A DNA stretch of 59,344 bases from Oscillospiraceae bacterium. GTDB taxonomy: Bacteria > Bacillota > Clostridia > Oscillospirales > Ruminococcaceae. The stretch covers positions 1 to 59,344 of the forward strand of contig WRJM01000001.1 in NCBI GenBank assembly GCA_009782265.1, read 5' to 3'. The position numbers and the translations under genes were made by a program. The notes beneath the pieces were generated by a model. That model made no database searches and had not been told where the DNA came from. It worked only from the letters and a program-made list of their open reading frames with translations. This document shows positions 55,976 to 59,344 of this stretch, piece after piece; the first letter of the stretch is position 1, and every line of letters begins with the position of its first letter.

Positions 55976-57245
55976 AAATATAATTAAAAATGAACGTGTG
56001 CGCGAAGAATATCAGGTTATCAAACACCCTTCAGGGCTAACCGTATGCCTTTTCCCCATGAAAGGTTTTTCAAGTGCCTACGCTTTGTTTGCGGCAAAAT
56101 ACGGTTCGGTGGACGTTACATTTAAGACGAATGAAGACGCGGACTTTGTAACTGTTCCGGAAGGGATTGCGCATTTTTTAGAGCATAAGCTATTCGAGAA
56201 TGACCAATGTGATGCCTTTGAATTATATGCGAAAACCGGTGCAAACGCCAACGCTTATACGAGCTTTGACAAAACCGCGTATTTATTTTCATGTTCTCAG
56301 AAATTTGAGGAGAACTTAGAAATCCTTTTAAAATTCGTACAAGAACCTTATTTCACAGACGAAAGCATCGCTAAGGAACAGGGAATTATCGCGCAGGAAC
56401 TGAAAATGTATGAAGACGAACCGGGCTTTCAGGTGTTTTACAACGGCTTGCGCGCCCTTTACCATAACCACCCCGTCAGAATCGACATCGGCGGAACGGT
56501 TGAAAGTATCGCCAAAATTGACAAAGACTTACTTTACCGCTGTTATAAAACCTTTTACAACCTTAATAATATGATTCTTTCCATCGCGGGGAATTTTGAC
56601 GCCCAAAAAACCCTTGAAATCTGTGACAGGCTTTTAAAACCCGTACCCGATTTAGGGCTGGAAGCTCTTTTTCCCGAAGAACCCCCTGAAATCAAGGAAC
56701 GCGAAGCTGTAAAAAAAATGACCTGCGCCATGCCTGTTTTCAATGTGTTTTTAAAACTTCCGTCCTTTGAGGAACGTAAAAACGCTGAAATGTTCGTCAT
56801 TTGCAATATTATACTTGAAACCGTATTAGGAAAAACATCCGCTTTTTATGACAGAGCAATCAACGACGGCTTGATTAACAGTAATTTTTCCGTAGGCGTT
56901 TTGAACGGACGCGGATTTTTCTCGATGACAGCGGACGGCGAATCAAGTGACCCGCGCAAGGTTTTCACGGAAATAAAAAAAGCGTTAAAAGAAGCTAAAG
57001 AAACAGGTTTACCGAAAAAAGAATTTGAGAATGTACGGAAGATGACCTACGGCGAATTAATTTCAATGCTCGGTTCGGTCAGCTCCACGGCTTCGGCGGT
57101 TATGGATGCGCATTTCAGCGGGAATAATTTATTTGACGTGATTGAAATCACAGCGGAATTGAAGTATGAAGAAGTAGTGAAAGTGCTTGAGGAACTTGAT
57201 GAGGAGAATAGCTGTATTTCGATTATTGAGCCGGTTGAGGGGTAA
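55968..57245 (+). CDS. M16 family zinc peptidase (YmfH-like)
   Basis: GIAHFLEHKLF, NAYTSFDKT, KEQGIIAQE. Confidence 0.9.
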   Translation: MNKNIIKNERVREEYQVIKHPSGLTVCLFPMKGFSSAYALFAAKYGSVDVTFKTNEDADFVTVPEGIAHFLEHKLFENDQCDAFELYAKTGANANAYTSFDKTAYLFSCSQKFEENLEILLKFVQEPYFTDESIAKEQGIIAQELKMYEDEPGFQVFYNGLRALYHNHPVRIDIGGTVESIAKIDKDLLYRCYKTFYNLNNMILSIAGNFDAQKTLEICDRLLKPVPDLGLEALFPEEPPEIKEREAVKKMTCAMPVFNVFLKLPSFEERKNAEMFVICNIILETVLGKTSAFYDRAINDGLINSNFSVGVLNGRGFFSMTADGESSDPRKVFTEIKKALKEAKETGLPKKEFENVRKMTYGELISMLGSVSSTASAVMDAHFSGNNLFDVIEITAELKYEEVVKVLEELDEENSCISIIEPVEG

Positions 57246-57260
57246 TAATTTATATAATGC

Positions 57261-57410
57261 GTAGGGAACGGATTTATCCGTTCCGCAATAAACGATAAAA
57301 ATGTAGGGGCGACCCTACGTGGTCGCCCGTAAAAATAAAACGCCGTATAATACGGCGGGACGCCACATAGGGCGTCCCCTACAGTCGGAACGCATAAATG
57401 CGTTCCCTAC
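57261..57410. repeat. Nested GTAG-type REP doublets
   Basis: Outer gtagggaacg../..cgttccctac (57261-57410) enclosing inner gtaggggcg../..cgtcccctac (57303-57382). Confidence 0.85.
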
Positions 57411-57446
57411 CTGCACATTATAAACATAATTAAACACAGAAAGGCG

Positions 57447-58493
57447 ATGATTTTTATCAGCTACATTTCATTCCCCAACCTCTTCGGCGGTCTAAAATTA
57501 AACATAGGCAGAACTGCCTTTACCGTATTCGGTCTTAATATTTACTGGTACGGCGTTGTCATTACCGCCGCGATTATTTTAGGCTTCGGTTACGCTATGA
57601 AGCGTTCAAGGCAGTTCGGCATGATTGCCGACAAGGTTTTTGACGCGGCGGCGGCGGGCTTAATCGGCGGTTTTATCGGTGCGCGGCTGTATTACGTTAC
57701 TTTTTATAACCTTAACCCCGACAACGAAACGAAGTATAATTTTATTACTTATTTTACGGGTATACGCGACGGCGGTTTGGCGATTTACGGCGGCATAATC
57801 GGCGCGGCACTTTTTGCGTTTGTTTATATGAAACTGAAGAAAATAAAAATCCTGCCCGTTCTTGACCTCGGCGGGCTTGGTTTCCTTATCGGCATAGGAA
57901 TAGGCAGGTGGGGGAATTTCTTTAATCAGGAAGCTTACGGCGCGGTTATGAAAAACGAAATGCCGTGGGGCATGACAGGAAGCAGAATTGCTTCGGAAAC
58001 GGGCGGAAGCGTGCTTGTTCACCCCTGTTTCCTTTACGAAAGTTTATGGTGTCTGCTTGGGTTAGCGGTTCTGCACTTTTATTCAAAGAAACTGCGAACT
58101 TTTGACGGCGAAATTTTCTTGCTTTTCGTCACATGGTACGGAACGGGGCGCGCTTTTAACGAATCACTCAGAACAGACAGCCTTATGCTCGGCAGTTTAC
58201 GGATTTCGCAGATTTTGGCGGCTGTAACAGCCGGCGCGGCAATAGGAATTTTTATTTACTTCAAGAAAAAAGTAGTGAAAAGCGGAAAAACTGCGTTATA
58301 TTCGCAAACCGAAGAAAGCGAACTTGCGATTATCGCTTATGAAAAGAAGCTGAAACTCGATAAAGAAAAAGCAGACGCAAAAAAAGCTTTGAAAAAAGAA
58401 GATGAAACAGCCCCCAGTATATTAGCAGATGCAGGGGACAACGCCCCGCATAATGATACAGAAGGAGCAGAAGAAAATGGCGAAAATTATTGA
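57447..58493 (+). CDS. lgt: Prolipoprotein diacylglyceryl transferase
   Basis: IYWYG, GARLYYV, GGLAIYGG, IGRWGNFFNQEAYG, HPCFLYES. Confidence 0.95.
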   Translation: MIFISYISFPNLFGGLKLNIGRTAFTVFGLNIYWYGVVITAAIILGFGYAMKRSRQFGMIADKVFDAAAAGLIGGFIGARLYYVTFYNLNPDNETKYNFITYFTGIRDGGLAIYGGIIGAALFAFVYMKLKKIKILPVLDLGGLGFLIGIGIGRWGNFFNQEAYGAVMKNEMPWGMTGSRIASETGGSVLVHPCFLYESLWCLLGLAVLHFYSKKLRTFDGEIFLLFVTWYGTGRAFNESLRTDSLMLGSLRISQILAAVTAGAAIGIFIYFKKKVVKSGKTALYSQTEESELAIIAYEKKLKLDKEKADAKKALKKEDETAPSILADAGDNAPHNDTEGAEENGENY

Positions 58494-59331
58494 CGGTAAC
58501 GCAATGGCGGCGGCTATTAAAACCGAAATTAAAACTGAAATTGAAAGCGGCAATTTACAGGTAGGATTAGCGGTTATATTAGTAGGCAACGACCCGCCGA
58601 GTCAGATTTACGTTAAATACAAGCAAAAAGACTGCGGAGAATGCGGGATTCATTTTTACGGTTATACACTTCCCGAAGATACAAAAACAGAAGAGCTTTT
58701 AGAGTTAATTGATACTCTTAACGCAGACCCGAAAGTAAACGGAATACTTGTTCAACAACCCCTGCCCGCTCAGATTGACTTAACTGCCGCGAACGAACGG
58801 ATTTCTTCTTTAAAGGACGTGGATTCGTTCAGAGCCGACAACGTCGGCAGGGTTATGCTCGGGAGTTACGCGCTTCCCGCAGGTACGCCCGCAGGCGTCA
58901 TGGAAATGCTGAAACGCGAAAATATTGAAATCGCCGGTAAAGAGTGCGTAGTAGTCGGGCGCAGTAATATCGTCGGTAAACCAATGGCGATGCTTCTTTT
59001 GCATGAAAACGGCACGGTAACAATATGCCACAGTAAAACCGCGGATTTAAAAGCGGTTTGCAAGCGCGCGGATATTCTTGTAGTCGCTATGCGCCAGCCT
59101 AATTTCATAACAGCCGATTATGTAAAAAAAGGCGCGGTTGTAATCGACGTAGGCATAAACGACGCGGGAGAGGGCGCAAAAGGCGGCAGAAAGCTTGTGG
59201 GCGACGTGGATTTTGTAAGCGTTGAGCCTGCCGCAGGGTATATAACCCCCGTTCCGGGCGGCGTAGGACCTATGACCCGCGCAATGCTGATGAGGAACAC
59301 ATTAACGGCAAAGAAATTGCAGGAAAAATGA
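58477..59331 (+). CDS. folD: Methylenetetrahydrofolate dehydrogenase/cyclohydrolase
   Basis: YVKYK, GILVQQP, KDVD, GRSNIVGKP, TPVPGGVGPMT; start MAKII after AAGGAG. Confidence 0.96.
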   Translation: MAKIIDGNAMAAAIKTEIKTEIESGNLQVGLAVILVGNDPPSQIYVKYKQKDCGECGIHFYGYTLPEDTKTEELLELIDTLNADPKVNGILVQQPLPAQIDLTAANERISSLKDVDSFRADNVGRVMLGSYALPAGTPAGVMEMLKRENIEIAGKECVVVGRSNIVGKPMAMLLLHENGTVTICHSKTADLKAVCKRADILVVAMRQPNFITADYVKKGAVVIDVGINDAGEGAKGGRKLVGDVDFVSVEPAAGYITPVPGGVGPMTRAMLMRNTLTAKKLQEK

Positions 59332-59344
59332 AAATTAAAAAGAA

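Noticed and set aside
58431-58449. REP remnant in the lgt C-terminus (gcaggggacaacgccccgc)
   Set aside because: Too short and degenerate to distinguish from chance.

Overview
Bacterial chromosomal window, most likely from a spore-forming Clostridia (Oscillospiraceae/Ruminococcaceae-like; inferred from gene content and order, not from a search). Most of it is housekeeping: recA, prmC, a two-component pair, fakA-like/Asp23, ispE, a complete V/A-type ATPase operon, a MoxR-DUF58-transglutaminase triad, an FMN riboswitch with a RibU-type S component, ricT/holB/darA, rsmA, tsaD, iscS-iscU, ychF, an M16 peptidase pair, lgt and folD. The main accessory feature is a ~9.2 kb element (37153-46405) integrated at the 3' end of tRNA-His and bounded by an exact 31-bp direct repeat. 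It encodes a tyrosine integrase, an excisionase, a rolling-circle HUH Rep/relaxase with a candidate nick hairpin and an FtsK/TcpA-like ATPase, but no T4SS or phage structural genes. Its cargo is an ECF sigma factor fused to a transmembrane helix and an internalin-like LRR domain, followed by a WG-repeat lipoprotein. Small-scale oddities: two GTAG-type REP units translated in frame inside the RecA C-terminal tail; an in-frame diverged duplicate of an aminotransferase C-terminus behind its stop codon; an FMN riboswitch with a ~113-nt multi-hairpin insertion; two promoter-to-terminator small RNA candidates; a 104-bp MITE-like element in three copies; an unannotated 45-aa membrane protein; a thioredoxin without CxxC; and several probable leaderless genes. 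Product calls come from motif recognition by eye, no database search was run, and coordinates not taken from the ORF track were counted by hand and may be off by a few bases.
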